This document shows positions 47,742 to 58,400 of a stretch of DNA of 64,000 nucleotides, one piece after another. A model generated the notes under the pieces. It worked only from the letters and a program-made list of their open reading frames with translations. It was not told the origin of the DNA and made no database searches. Each line of letters begins with the position of its first letter. The stretch's first letter is position 1. The DNA is from Trypanosoma brucei (taxonomy: Eukaryota), in NCBI GenBank assembly GCA_000002445.1, contig CH464491.1, forward strand, positions 2,752,001 to 2,816,000. The letters run 5' to 3'. Position numbers and translations under genes: made by a program.

Positions 47742-50700
47742 ATGTCGTCCCGCGATTTGAGGGGTCGGGCGTGTTCAAATTCAACTGCGGCTAGTGCTTC
47801 GCGACTGCTCTGTCTGCCATGGGAACTCGTTGAAGTTGAGCTTCCGAAAGAAATGGATGTTCCGGTAAGTGAATCACTATTTTCTGTTGGAAACGGACGT
47901 GTAACCGTCCGGGGATATACGGAGGAGTCACTCGTTGCGCCCCCGTATTCGAGGGGTACAAACTCTCACGATATAGCCATCCGTAGTCCTGTAGTTTCCT
48001 TGTACGGTGGTATTGGCAATGATGTCATCAAGGTGGGGAACAGGAGTTTGAGCAACAGTCATCTCCTTGGAAACCCATCTTCACCCGTTAGGTGTGACTC
48101 GTTACCCACCGAGGGGCACCCGACCGCCTCCAAAGAATGGAAGCCCCCTGAACGAACCCTGCGTGGGACTTACGTCAACGGGATCTGCGAGGAGCTTCTG
48201 TTAACCCATCATCAGCAGCAAAGGGCATTCACTGTTGGAACTTGTGCTCGTGAGTCATTTCTTGTATGTGCGCCGGATGCCTTTTGCATCGACGTTTTTG
48301 TCGGAGGTGAGCACGTGAATTCAGAAACAGGGATCATACTTTCGCACAGACGCACGTTAGATTATCACACGGGTGAGCTTCGTCGGCACCTGGTGTGGCA
48401 ATCCAGGAGTAATGGGCACGAGGTGACCATTGAGTCTTCAAGAATTGTTTCCCTAACACGGAGGAGCATCGCAGCAGTTAAATATTCTGTTAGTGCCAAG
48501 AACGTCTCCAATACGAATATCCGCATCGTATCTCGTACCATTGTTCCTTCGGGTGTGCGACAACACCTTAAGATTGAAAATGTTATGACTAGGCGCACTC
48601 TGCATGACGCTTCGACAGCGGTGCTTGTGCGCACACGAAATAGTTGCAAGCGGTTAGTGGTGGCTGAGTTTGAGGCTTGTCGTAGCACGCACTACGAGCT
48701 CATTAACACACAGAGTGTGCCGACGTTTTCAACTGTTACAAGTGCAGTAGGAGCACATGGTGCTAACACTCCACCGTGCGCCGTAGCAGCAGATGCGTCT
48801 TTAGCTGCAGGCCGGACACCATTGGCTTCGCCTAAGCCGATGGCACAACCACAGCCGCAACCAACACCATCCTTGACCTTCCTCGCACCGAAATGTTCTG
48901 AGATACGAAACGGCGCAGAAACCATCTACACCAGCGTAATACGTGAGTCTACACGGTTTGAGCTTACCAAATACATTGCCTTCCTAGTTGACGAGGATGC
49001 AGCACCGGAGGATATTTGTGACCTGGGAATGCACCGTGCTCGAGAAGCGGCTGCTGTCACCTACGAGGCCATCTGTCGCGAACAGTTGGACGTTTTGTCA
49101 AATTTCTGGGAGAGAGGGAATGTACATATCAAAGCCAGTGGTCCGTCGCTTGAAAGTGCGGTGAGATTTAACATGCTGCACCTTCTTATGTCGTCGGGAG
49201 GGTTACAAATGCAAAGTCACCCGTCGCGTGGTTTTATGAGTCAGCTGCAGGGAGGCATGCACCAGTGGGATGTAGACGCGTTTATCGTTCCTTTTTTCTC
49301 ACATGTGCGCCCCGAAGTCGCACGCGGGTTGTTGCAGTTTCGTATTGACACGCTGCCGCAAGCGAGAAGCCTTGCGGCGGACGTTGATCTTCCACGAGGT
49401 GCACTATACCCACAGAGGACTGTGAACGGTTTGGAAAGCAATCCTCCGCCGTTCTGCGCGGCCTTCCTGTTTACAAATGCGGTTGTTGCGTACGGTATGA
49501 AGCAGTATATTACTGCCACAAATGATTTCTCCATTCTACCGCAAGGTGGTGCTGATGTTCTCTTTTCTACTGCGCTCATTTGGCTTATATGGGGTACGTG
49601 GGATAAAGCAGAGTTCCACGTTAGATCTGTGGGGGGACCCGATGATTACAGCTGTCTCGGTGATAATAATTACTTTACAAATCTCATGGCAAAGTTTCAC
49701 ATGCAGTGGGCGGTGCAAATAGCCGCATCGATGCAAAGAGACTATCCTAACGAATGGGAAGGCGTGAAGGAGAGATGCCAACTAACTGATGATGACCTTG
49801 CAATGATGGACAAGGCCGCTGCAAAGGTGGTACTAGTTTTCGATGCCAAAAATCGTGTGCACCCTGTTGATCAGTTATTCATGAGGAAGAAAAAGTGGAA
49901 ATTTGATGAACTGAAGAAGAAGAAAAGTCTTCTATTTCGTACGTTTGACCCTTCTGTTGTTTACCGACATCAGGTATGTCGCATTCCCGACGTGGTTCTT
50001 GCCTCGCTTTTATTGCCGGAAAAGTGCACAAAAGACGAGGTGCGTGCCAACTACAATTTCTATGAGCCTATCACCACAAGCGATTGCTCGCTTACCTCGA
50101 TGATATTTAGTATCATTGCAATACAACTTGATATGTTGGACAAGGGAATGCACTATTTCCACCAGGCTCTCTTCAACGATATTGAAAATGCGCTCGGTAA
50201 TACAGCCCGCGGCATCCACTGCAGCTCCGCGGCGGGATCTTGGTGGTGTTTGACCGTTGGATTCGGTGGAATGAGGGTAGTTGATGACACACTGCACTTT
50301 AACCCTGTTCTCCCTGACGCGTGGGAGGAGTACCAGTTTTTTGTGCGCCATCACGGTTGCCTTATCAAGGTGCTTATTACTCGCAGGATGGTCACATATA
50401 CGGCTGTGGAGGGGTGCTTCGACAGGTGCGGTTTGCCGATTTATCATACGGAGATCAACACCATCCACCTGAAGGAAGGCATGTCTGAATCCGTGAGGCT
50501 TTACCGCGATGTTCGCGTATTTGACTTCGACTGTGTGGTGTTTAATCTTGACAGTTTGATCGAGGACCTGGAGGACCATCACTACCGCGCATGGAAGCAA
50601 ACCCTCGAGAAATACCTTCACGAAATGGGGCAAACTTCATTTGTGCTTACAGAGGACATATATCTTGCATACCTCAAGAATGGAAATTCGTTCACATCAT

Positions 50701-51341
50701 CTCAACGCCTTCTTGCGAAGAACGGCATTACAAACATCCCTCCTGGTTGCCCAGATGATACCGTTGAGACGGACACAGTATATGGGTTGCTGCAGCGCAA
50801 GCGGCATAACTTCCGCGTTCAGATTCGGGAGGAGGGGCTCAAAGTAAAAAAAGGGGCGCTGCACCTCATGGCGGAGCTCCGACAGAACGGCATTTCCATT
50901 GGTTGTGTGACAGACAGTAAAAGTGGTCAGTGGATGCTGCGAAGGGTGCCACAAGTTATGTGCCTAATCGACCGCTGCATTGATGGAAGTGATGGGGAAG
51001 TTCTTTCCCTCTGCTGGCGCCCGGAGGTGGACTACTTCTGCTCTCTGTGCAAACAACTCAATACCAGCTTCGAACGGACTATCGTTATTATGCGTGGGAT
51101 TGGGGGGTTCTCGAAAAGCGCACTGGAACAGTTCAAATTAGTTGTGGACGTGCAGCGCGATGCGGAGTATGTGCCGGGTGGAGTGCATCCTGTGAATGTG
51201 CCGTGCATGAGCGTGTTAACACTCGGCAAGTTGGATGAGTATGCCTCGAAAAGGAAATTAGTTGCCGTAGCGGGGGATGCCGATAGGCCCGCCACCGCAC
51301 CAAATAATATGGAGGGCGCTCCACCGGACCAGTTGGAATGA
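47742..51341 (+). CDS. Glycoside hydrolase family 65 disaccharide phosphorylase (maltose/trehalose/kojibiose-phosphorylase type) fused at its C-terminus to a HAD-superfamily beta-phosphoglucomutase-like domain.
   Basis: The track start at 47718 is TTG. The first ATG is at 47742 (MSSRDLRG...). The GH65 N-terminal beta-sandwich signature is SLFSVGNGRVTVRGY. The central (alpha/alpha)6 domain signatures are GGMHQWDVDAFIVPFF (compare GHxFWDxExFxxPFF) and GGPDDYSCLGDNNYFTNLMAKFHMQWAVQIA. The C-terminal ~300 aa carry HAD motif I (VFDFDCVVFNLDS, compare DLDGVITDT of beta-PGM) and later CVTDSKSG and AVAGDAD motifs. Confidence 0.75.
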   Translation: MSSRDLRGRACSNSTAASASRLLCLPWELVEVELPKEMDVPVSESLFSVGNGRVTVRGYTEESLVAPPYSRGTNSHDIAIRSPVVSLYGGIGNDVIKVGNRSLSNSHLLGNPSSPVRCDSLPTEGHPTASKEWKPPERTLRGTYVNGICEELLLTHHQQQRAFTVGTCARESFLVCAPDAFCIDVFVGGEHVNSETGIILSHRRTLDYHTGELRRHLVWQSRSNGHEVTIESSRIVSLTRRSIAAVKYSVSAKNVSNTNIRIVSRTIVPSGVRQHLKIENVMTRRTLHDASTAVLVRTRNSCKRLVVAEFEACRSTHYELINTQSVPTFSTVTSAVGAHGANTPPCAVAADASLAAGRTPLASPKPMAQPQPQPTPSLTFLAPKCSEIRNGAETIYTSVIRESTRFELTKYIAFLVDEDAAPEDICDLGMHRAREAAAVTYEAICREQLDVLSNFWERGNVHIKASGPSLESAVRFNMLHLLMSSGGLQMQSHPSRGFMSQLQGGMHQWDVDAFIVPFFSHVRPEVARGLLQFRIDTLPQARSLAADVDLPRGALYPQRTVNGLESNPPPFCAAFLFTNAVVAYGMKQYITATNDFSILPQGGADVLFSTALIWLIWGTWDKAEFHVRSVGGPDDYSCLGDNNYFTNLMAKFHMQWAVQIAASMQRDYPNEWEGVKERCQLTDDDLAMMDKAAAKVVLVFDAKNRVHPVDQLFMRKKKWKFDELKKKKSLLFRTFDPSVVYRHQVCRIPDVVLASLLLPEKCTKDEVRANYNFYEPITTSDCSLTSMIFSIIAIQLDMLDKGMHYFHQALFNDIENALGNTARGIHCSSAAGSWWCLTVGFGGMRVVDDTLHFNPVLPDAWEEYQFFVRHHGCLIKVLITRRMVTYTAVEGCFDRCGLPIYHTEINTIHLKEGMSESVRLYRDVRVFDFDCVVFNLDSLIEDLEDHHYRAWKQTLEKYLHEMGQTSFVLTEDIYLAYLKNGNSFTSSQRLLAKNGITNIPPGCPDDTVETDTVYGLLQRKRHNFRVQIREEGLKVKKGALHLMAELRQNGISIGCVTDSKSGQWMLRRVPQVMCLIDRCIDGSDGEVLSLCWRPEVDYFCSLCKQLNTSFERTIVIMRGIGGFSKSALEQFKLVVDVQRDAEYVPGGVHPVNVPCMSVLTLGKLDEYASKRKLVAVAGDADRPATAPNNMEGAPPDQLE

Positions 51342-52733
51342 GTGACCACAACCCTTCCAGCTACTTAAGCACGCGTAGGATGGGGGAAAACGAAAGCGGT
51401 TGCGCGTTTATTTTTTATATTTATTTGTTTGTGGAAACATATGTGCGGAACGGATAGGGATCTTTGATCATTTATGTTGCTAACATTGTGTAATAATAAG
51501 CAACCTAATATGTATACATGTGCATTTACTTGTTTGCATCCATCTAGTTGACGAGGGGAATGAGTCGTGATGCAAGATTGGCGAAAAGATGAAAGGATGT
51601 GAAGGGGGAAAATGGAAAAATGGGCGCCGAGTAGAGCCGCCTAGCGGGCGCGGCAACACCAAAAGGATATCGTGGCGTGCACTTCGCTGGCTGAATGTAC
51701 CGTTGAGACAGAAAGTGATGGTTCAGCTGATTCATTTCCTCCCTTATTATTTTTGTTTCATCAGTTAAGTAATGCGGTGGGGGCTGTGAGGAGGCTCCAG
51801 TTGTGAAAACCCGCTCGTTGCAGATGTGTTTATTGTTAGTACGTGTTGTGCCACCACAGCAAAGATTGTTATTATTTTGTTCTTTATTTGTTCAATCGCA
51901 CGTTGAAGTGCGGAGGGGAGAGATAATAAGATGGATTGAAGGAAATTTGTGATATTTGTTTCCAAAGGGCAAATAAGCAGGTGCGCTTGCATTTGTGTTA
52001 ATTAAAAAAGAGAAGAGTGAAACTCAGGTGGAAAGGAAAATGCAGGTCAAATATCGGTTGTAAATTTTTTAATTTTATTTTGTTTGCCTTTACGATTTTT
52101 TCTTTCTTTATGGCGACGGCGCTGTTCTTGGATGCAGCAGCCGCTGCAATGCCTTTCTTCTACAATTACTGTACATTTAAGCTATTTTTCAAAATCAGTC
52201 GTTTAGGAAGTGCGGCGAACCTTTCTGTGGTCAACTTCAGGCCATATGTGCAAAAAAGGGGGAAGGGAAGGGGGAAAAAAAAGACGAGGCATTTGCATGC
52301 GTATGGAAAGGAGTATGGAAGGGAAAGACAAAATATGAGAAGTAATAACAAAAAAGAAGCATACGGAGTCGGATTACTTGCTTCTTTTTTATGCCCGTTC
52401 TTCACGCATTTCCCGCGCTTGTTCACCTGCGCCAGCACGAACCATCACTTTGAATCTCATCGTGGGCTCTTCATGGAGTTTGCCATTTCTGCATCAATGC
52501 GTTATCTTAACTTTACCTTATGCGGGTATCATGGTAGAAAGGTAGCTGGATCAAAGCGTAGGGGGTACTATAATTAACTATAACAGTAGTAGTGTTTACT
52601 TTACAGCTTATTTCCCTTATCCTTTAAAGAAAAAAAAGCGCAAAAAGGGAAGATTATAAGTGTAGGAGGAAGGAGAGAAGGAGTTTGATTTAACAATCGC
52701 ATTTGCACTCGCAATAATTCTGCACGTTCCCCT

Positions 52734-53960
52734 ATGAAGAGGCAAAGAACTGCATCCAGGGGCCTATTGGCATCCGCGCGGAAAACCCTCTACCGCCAGC
52801 GGTGGTTGGTTGCTGCCGCGGCGGCTTTTCTGCTTGTCGGCTACTTGCTGCACGAAACCCAGGAGAATAGCCCTTTTGGTCCTCTAATTGATGCCGTTGC
52901 CGACGATGCGGCATTCCTTTCGGAAGCGCTAGATGCGGCAAAGGTGGACCAGAAGGAAGAAAACCTCGCGCACTTCAGCAGGGGTATGATACAAATTGGA
53001 AGTACATTGGAAAAGGTCGTTGGGGTTGCGGCGAGAAACAAGGCCGAACCAGCAGTTATCATGGAACCCTATATAAACCGTGCCGTTGCCATTTACCGGA
53101 GTGCGGTGGATTTTGCATTACAGATGCTGGATCCTCTGCTCAAACGGGAGGAACAAAAACAGAGGGAAAATCAGCCGATGTGGGGCGTTAAGGGCGCCGT
53201 TTCGTACGCGACCACAGTTGTCCTTCCTGAGTATTATTTTGCCATTGATGACACTACCTCACACAGCGCGACGCTGGTAAGGGGAATGCAGCTTCTTCTG
53301 CAGATATCAAATACGTTGCCGATCGCTGAAACTCCATCTCCACCCACCAACACTACTCCCAAGACTTTGGTTGATTGTAGACGCCACGGGACTGACTTGG
53401 AGTGGTTGCAATTTTGTGTGAGCAGTTTCAAGAATCGCACAACGTTAGCGATTCGTCGCGCCGCCGTACTAGAGGAACTCATCGCGCTGCACCCCGAGTA
53501 CGCACCGCTGCGCCTCCACTACGCAGCTGCCATAGCATTAGATCGCGATGTCATCCAAGCACACACCGTGGTTACCTTTATAACAGGTGAGATGGAGAAG
53601 TCAAGTAAACGTGCTTATCCAGATCCTCTCCACGCCGCTATGCTCCGCCTCTTAAAGGCGTTTGTACTGCCCTTCGACTCCTCCCCCACTCCACCAAGCC
53701 CTTCCGATTTGGACTCCGCAGCGCGCGAGGCATTAAAGGGTGTCGATGAAATTGGAAACTGCAGTAATCTCATTCGTCCTTTTGGTGCCGAGAGTAATAG
53801 CAGTTGGAATCGCCGTTTCCGTGGCGTCAAACGTCCAGATGTTATGGATAAGTGGCAGGCAAAACAACTTTTGAAAGCTATGAGGATGCTCAAGCAACGT
53901 CTGCAAGCAGGCAGCGAGGGCTCAGATATTCTTCCCGCTGGATTCGCTGAATGCAGCTGA
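52734..53960 (+). CDS. Hypothetical type-II membrane or secretory-pathway protein (408 aa) with an N-terminal signal-anchor.
   Basis: ATG at 52734. The N-terminus is MKRQRTASRGLLASARKTLYRQRWLVAAAAAFLLVGYLLHE, a basic stretch followed by a hydrophobic helix. I saw no family motifs. Confidence 0.6.
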   Translation: MKRQRTASRGLLASARKTLYRQRWLVAAAAAFLLVGYLLHETQENSPFGPLIDAVADDAAFLSEALDAAKVDQKEENLAHFSRGMIQIGSTLEKVVGVAARNKAEPAVIMEPYINRAVAIYRSAVDFALQMLDPLLKREEQKQRENQPMWGVKGAVSYATTVVLPEYYFAIDDTTSHSATLVRGMQLLLQISNTLPIAETPSPPTNTTPKTLVDCRRHGTDLEWLQFCVSSFKNRTTLAIRRAAVLEELIALHPEYAPLRLHYAAAIALDRDVIQAHTVVTFITGEMEKSSKRAYPDPLHAAMLRLLKAFVLPFDSSPTPPSPSDLDSAAREALKGVDEIGNCSNLIRPFGAESNSSWNRRFRGVKRPDVMDKWQAKQLLKAMRMLKQRLQAGSEGSDILPAGFAECS

Positions 53961-54212
53961 TGCACGGCATTCTCTTCATTGTTAATACGGTGTCTCTGAA
54001 CTGCTCCCCATATTGGCGGATGCTCCGCTGTGCTTGGAAAAAGAACTAAGTCGTGGCTCAAAAAAAAAAAAAAGCCAATCCTTGTTACCAACACTGGTTG
54101 TTCATGTTGCACAATTTCATGTTTATTTTTTTTTCTTTTGCAAAACTGTTTAGTTTTGGAAGTTAACAGCACAAACGCAACGTTGGCACCGTTTCCTTTT
54201 ATCCCTTGTGTA

Positions 54213-55001
54213 ATGTATGCGACTCGTGCTAAGGTGCTGTTGTTCCGGTTAGCGACTTTCGTGCTTGTGTCTGTTGTGCGTGGCCAAGAGGAAGTCACTG
54301 AACACAAATACAACATCGTGTTCTCTCGCGACCCAGTCCCCAGTGGACTAAGTGAGGAACAGTACTATCCAATGCGGCTTAGCAACGGTTCGGCCTACTT
54401 GTGCGTGCTGCCTGACATTACTGTCGAAGAGAAGAAGACACTTCAGGCCGAGGACAGTGAACTAGATGTTCCGCTCTCCTTAGAACATGTGGCTGTGGTT
54501 AACAGAGCGCTGAAGAACATGTGCTACACGATGGAGGAATCGTGGTGGACGTACCGATTATGTTGGGGGTCAGGTGTGGAGCAGTTTCACCGTTCTGCGG
54601 TTGCCGGGGATAGCAAATCGAATGCTCCGAAGCAAATGAAAGAGGACCCGCACTTCGTGTTGGGAGTGGCCCCACCTGCGGACGTGTTGGACTTGCGCTA
54701 CGGCGTGAACACAAAAGGCTTGCGATATATTTACACCATATACAGCGATGGTTTAACGTGTGATCTCACACAACTCCCCCGGACAACGGAGGTGCAGTTG
54801 TACTGCGCACGCGAGGGCGAAGGTAACAGTCCAACTATGCGTGTGCGAGAGGCAGAAGTGTGTCGCTACATCGTTAGTTTAACAGCCAAAGAGGTGTGTC
54901 TACTAGGGTTGAAGGAAATTCAACAGCGGTATGGTGTGATTACGTGTCATGAAACAAAACCCACGAACACAGTAGATTGGAACAATAAACAACAGGGTTA
55001 G
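54213..55001 (+). CDS. OS-9/Yos9-like ER lectin with a mannose-6-phosphate-receptor-homology (MRH) domain. It is a likely ERAD substrate-recognition factor.
   Basis: The first ATG in the track ORF is at 54213, giving a cleavable signal peptide (MYATRAKVLLFRLATFVLVSVVRGQEE). The MRH core reads YLCVLPD...CYTMEESWWTYRLCWGSGVEQFH...YIYTIYSDGLTCDLT...EVQLYCAREGEGNS...CRYIVSLTAKEVC. That is the WWTYEFC-type motif plus conserved Cys pairs. Confidence 0.65.
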   Translation: MYATRAKVLLFRLATFVLVSVVRGQEEVTEHKYNIVFSRDPVPSGLSEEQYYPMRLSNGSAYLCVLPDITVEEKKTLQAEDSELDVPLSLEHVAVVNRALKNMCYTMEESWWTYRLCWGSGVEQFHRSAVAGDSKSNAPKQMKEDPHFVLGVAPPADVLDLRYGVNTKGLRYIYTIYSDGLTCDLTQLPRTTEVQLYCAREGEGNSPTMRVREAEVCRYIVSLTAKEVCLLGLKEIQQRYGVITCHETKPTNTVDWNNKQQG

Positions 55002-55434
55002 GTAGGCTCTGAGGAGGCGTCGGGTGCTCGTGTACGGAACGGCGTGGTGGGGTTGGCGGAGAACTGCTTCTAGCCAACAAGCTATCCGGTGTCTGTTGCT
55101 ATTGGGTGCCCTCTTTTATCACGTTTGTCGTGCTTCCGTTCGTATAGGTGTGTACATATATTTTTATGTGCGTGGGTGTATTATTTGTTGTTGGCGTTGT
55201 TCTTTCCTCCACATTTTCTGCCATTCGGGGTAAACCCCATGGGTGTGAAGCAAAGTTTGCGCTGGTCAAAATGTAACTTTTAACAGTTGGAGCTTTGGGC
55301 GAAAGCCACTTTCTCGGTGAGGTGGGCCGTCCACTTAAGTGTTTGTTTTCTCCCGTTTTTCCCTTAAAATCAACCCGTACGTGTTGCCCATAGCCTGTAA
55401 CGCAAACGCACGGAAGGGGGAAAGGTTATGCAAA

Positions 55435-58400
55435 ATGCGGCCCCAGGCTGATAGAAGCAGCTTCCTACACGCCCCAGTGACGGCCGTGTCTGTCAGTTCA
55501 TCGTGGTTTTGCCTCGCGGTTGGGCACCGTGTGCTGGCCTCATCGGTCGATGATGACATGGACCACGGCAGTGTATTTGTAGTTACAGAACTCCCTAATG
55601 GTGCGGTGATCACCGCCTTAGAGCAGCACAGAATGAGTTGCATTGCCACAAATGAACTCATCACTTCAGCTGTTGTAATCGGAAGTGCGGATCGCGTGTA
55701 CGCTGCTCCTCTGTATCGGAATGAGCTGCGTGAGGGAGCCCCCCCTGCAGCGAAGCCGCACAACAGTGTGTTGTTGCTGTCGCTCAATAATTTTGCGCGG
55801 GTCCTGTACATCCAAAGTCTTGGAGACGTTGCGGCCATTTTGGTGCTAACGACGCTCAACTCGGCACACGTAATCCCTGAACAGCACTTGATGGTTGGCT
55901 GGGACGCTTCTGCGGGGGTCGCAAGGAGGGAGGAGAGTCAAGGAATCGTGTTGAGACGCACCGTGAAAGGACTGGGAATTGCCTTAGCCGCATCGGCTCT
56001 GATGACTGCGGACAGATACAACATCCTGATTTTCACCGGTACGTACGCCGGGGGAGTTGCTGTGTGGAGCGTTCCTATAGCGAGCGCGGAGCAGCAGCTA
56101 AGAGGAATGGATGATGGTACTGAGTCACTTCCCGTCCTCTCGCGTATCAGTGCCCACAGCCCCGGTTGTGCTGTGTTTGCCGTGAAGGCAGTTGCGATAG
56201 GTGGTAGCGGAGAGCAGCGCAACGGATCTGCGGTCACTTCACGCATTTGCGTGGCCACTTGTAGCGATGATCGTACTGCCACAGTATATGTCTCACATAG
56301 CGATCATTCCGTCGGGGAAGACACGTGCACTGCGAGCCATTATCAGTTAACGGAAAAAACGAGGTGGGTTTGTTGCTGGCGCGGGAGCCGGGCGGCGCTC
56401 GCCCGCAGGCGCCTGTTTGACATATCCATTCTGCCGACGCGGACACATTCAAGAGTTGTTGTTGCTACAGGTGGTGAAGACGGTACTGTGAATGTCTTGT
56501 GCTTTAACCAGGGGGAACTAGAAGCGGCGGAAACACCGTTGAAGCCTCAAACTATTCATTGTCGTACCCACCAGCATGAGGGTAGCGGGGTGTACAAGGT
56601 AGCTCTAGTGGAGCACGCTGTGAGCAGCGGATATGTGACTGCCGTCGTCTCTTGTGGATTCGATGGGTGCGTTTATTACACAAGGCTCCAGCCGTCAGAG
56701 TTGCGAAAGGCAACACTTATCCCGTGCACCCCCATCAAGCAGAGATGCCATGTAAGGGGGCTGCATTGCGACGATAATGGAACGTTGTTGGCGTGCACGG
56801 AGGATGAGTTTATCATTATTCATTTTCACAAGGGGGACACATCCCCGCACGAGCAGCGTTTCCCCCTTCCTACAACTTGTTCGGGCAAAAAGGATGTACC
56901 GTCATGTCTTAGTGCCATCACCTCCTTGTCGCCTCCACTGGTCCCGTCGAACAATTTTGCACCAAAGCACATCGCACTTATAGGTACAACGGGGGGAGGC
57001 GTATATGGAGTTCTGTATGGCGCATGGTATTCAAATGCAGCAGAGAAGGAAAATGGAGGTAGAGCTCCGACTACTGTGGTGAAGTTGATGACATCATCCT
57101 CCAAGGTGCTCTTTGTTCGAGGATTACAGTATCAACAACACCTAGTCTTGGCTACTGTCCATGCGGGTGGTCAGCTTGTCGTCTCTGCGTTTGAGAATAT
57201 TTACGAACGTTCAACTGAATGGCTTTCTGCTGTCTGCGCGGGTACGCACACTACCGCCCTCACTCTGCGCCTCATGAAACGGACTTTACGACGAGAGTGT
57301 CTCTGTATACTCACTGGTGATGATGAAGGTAGCCTCTATATTCACACAGTGGAGCCGGGCGAGTCACAGGAAACTCAGCCGCTGGCGTGGCGGGACCGCC
57401 TCTTTCAGTCTCCGGTAGCGGCTGTTGACACCGAAGAGGTGGTCTTGCCAACGAGTAATTCTGAAACACGGGTCACGGTGTTATCGCATCAGGGTGAATG
57501 GCGAGCATTAGTTGTGGACAGCGATGATATTCTGAAAGTAGATATTCGGTCCATCTCCTGTCCACTGCTCCTGCCGTGGCGTGTCTCCACCGTTCTGGCC
57601 TGGAGCAATGGTGCGGCAAAGTGTGGAAAGGGCAGCAATGACCTGAGTTTCGCGGTGACATTGTTTGGTACAGATATCACCGTCTTTTCCAGGCGCTCGC
57701 AGATTAGTGGTTGGCACCCCATTGCCCAGTGTCATGAGGTGCGAGCCCCGCGGTTGCTAACAGCAGCCGTTTCGTCAGGTGTAGCAGCCGATGGAGCGGA
57801 GGGAAAAGGGCAGTACGCCTATGTGTGTCACTGTTCAAATGGAAGGGAAGGAGAATGGTGCGAGTACAACCCAGAAAACTCTTCGCGACTCTTGTACGGT
57901 GGTGTGGCAACGGGTCGGGATTACAACACAGTTATTGTTTTACCAGAGCCGGCCGCATGCATACTTTGTGGAGCGGAGCAATCCACAGTAAGTGTACTGA
58001 GCCTTCCGTCGAAGGCCACTAACGCCATGGAGACACCACAAACCCTCTCAGGACCGCATGAGTCCAATATACTCGGAATGTCGTATTGTAGCATTGCCGA
58101 TGGATCGGTGACTTGCGGTGAGGAAGTCCGGTTTGTAACCGTCGGCAGCCTCGCCACTGTTGCCGTTTGGGAGTGGTCGGTCCGCCACAGCTGGCGTGTA
58201 ATGGCCCACATGAATGTGAGGCAGCAGCGGGTGAGGGGCAACGGCGACTCCGCTGTTGACGGCCCTACAGCCACCACCAGCCAGTGTGTTCCGCGGTTTC
58301 TTTCAGTGTGCACAACAGCAAAAGACATCGTCGTTGGGGGCAGCGACGGTGCACTGAGGATATTTGGGTTCACCTCCAAGCTGATACTTCGACAAAAAGT

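Noticed and set aside
52017-52577. A +-strand 186-aa ORF in the 1.4-kb spacer before the 52734 gene.
   Set aside because: The translation is low-complexity (F/K/G-rich: MKLRWKGKCRSNIGCKFFNFILFAFTIFSFF...GKGRGKKKTR). It spans poly(A) and poly(T) and GA-rich tracts characteristic of UTR sequence, and it has a different frame and composition from neighbouring genes. It is probably non-coding.
55339-55434. ORF-track start codons at 59, 2808, 17136, 30357, 47718, 54030 and 55339.
   Set aside because: By my reading these positions are GTG or TTG rather than ATG, since the track uses bacterial alternative starts. At 55339 my count gave TGT, which differs by one base from the frame the track translation requires, so that identity is uncertain. 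For a eukaryotic nuclear gene I moved each start to the first in-frame ATG. The true start can only be fixed by SL-site mapping.
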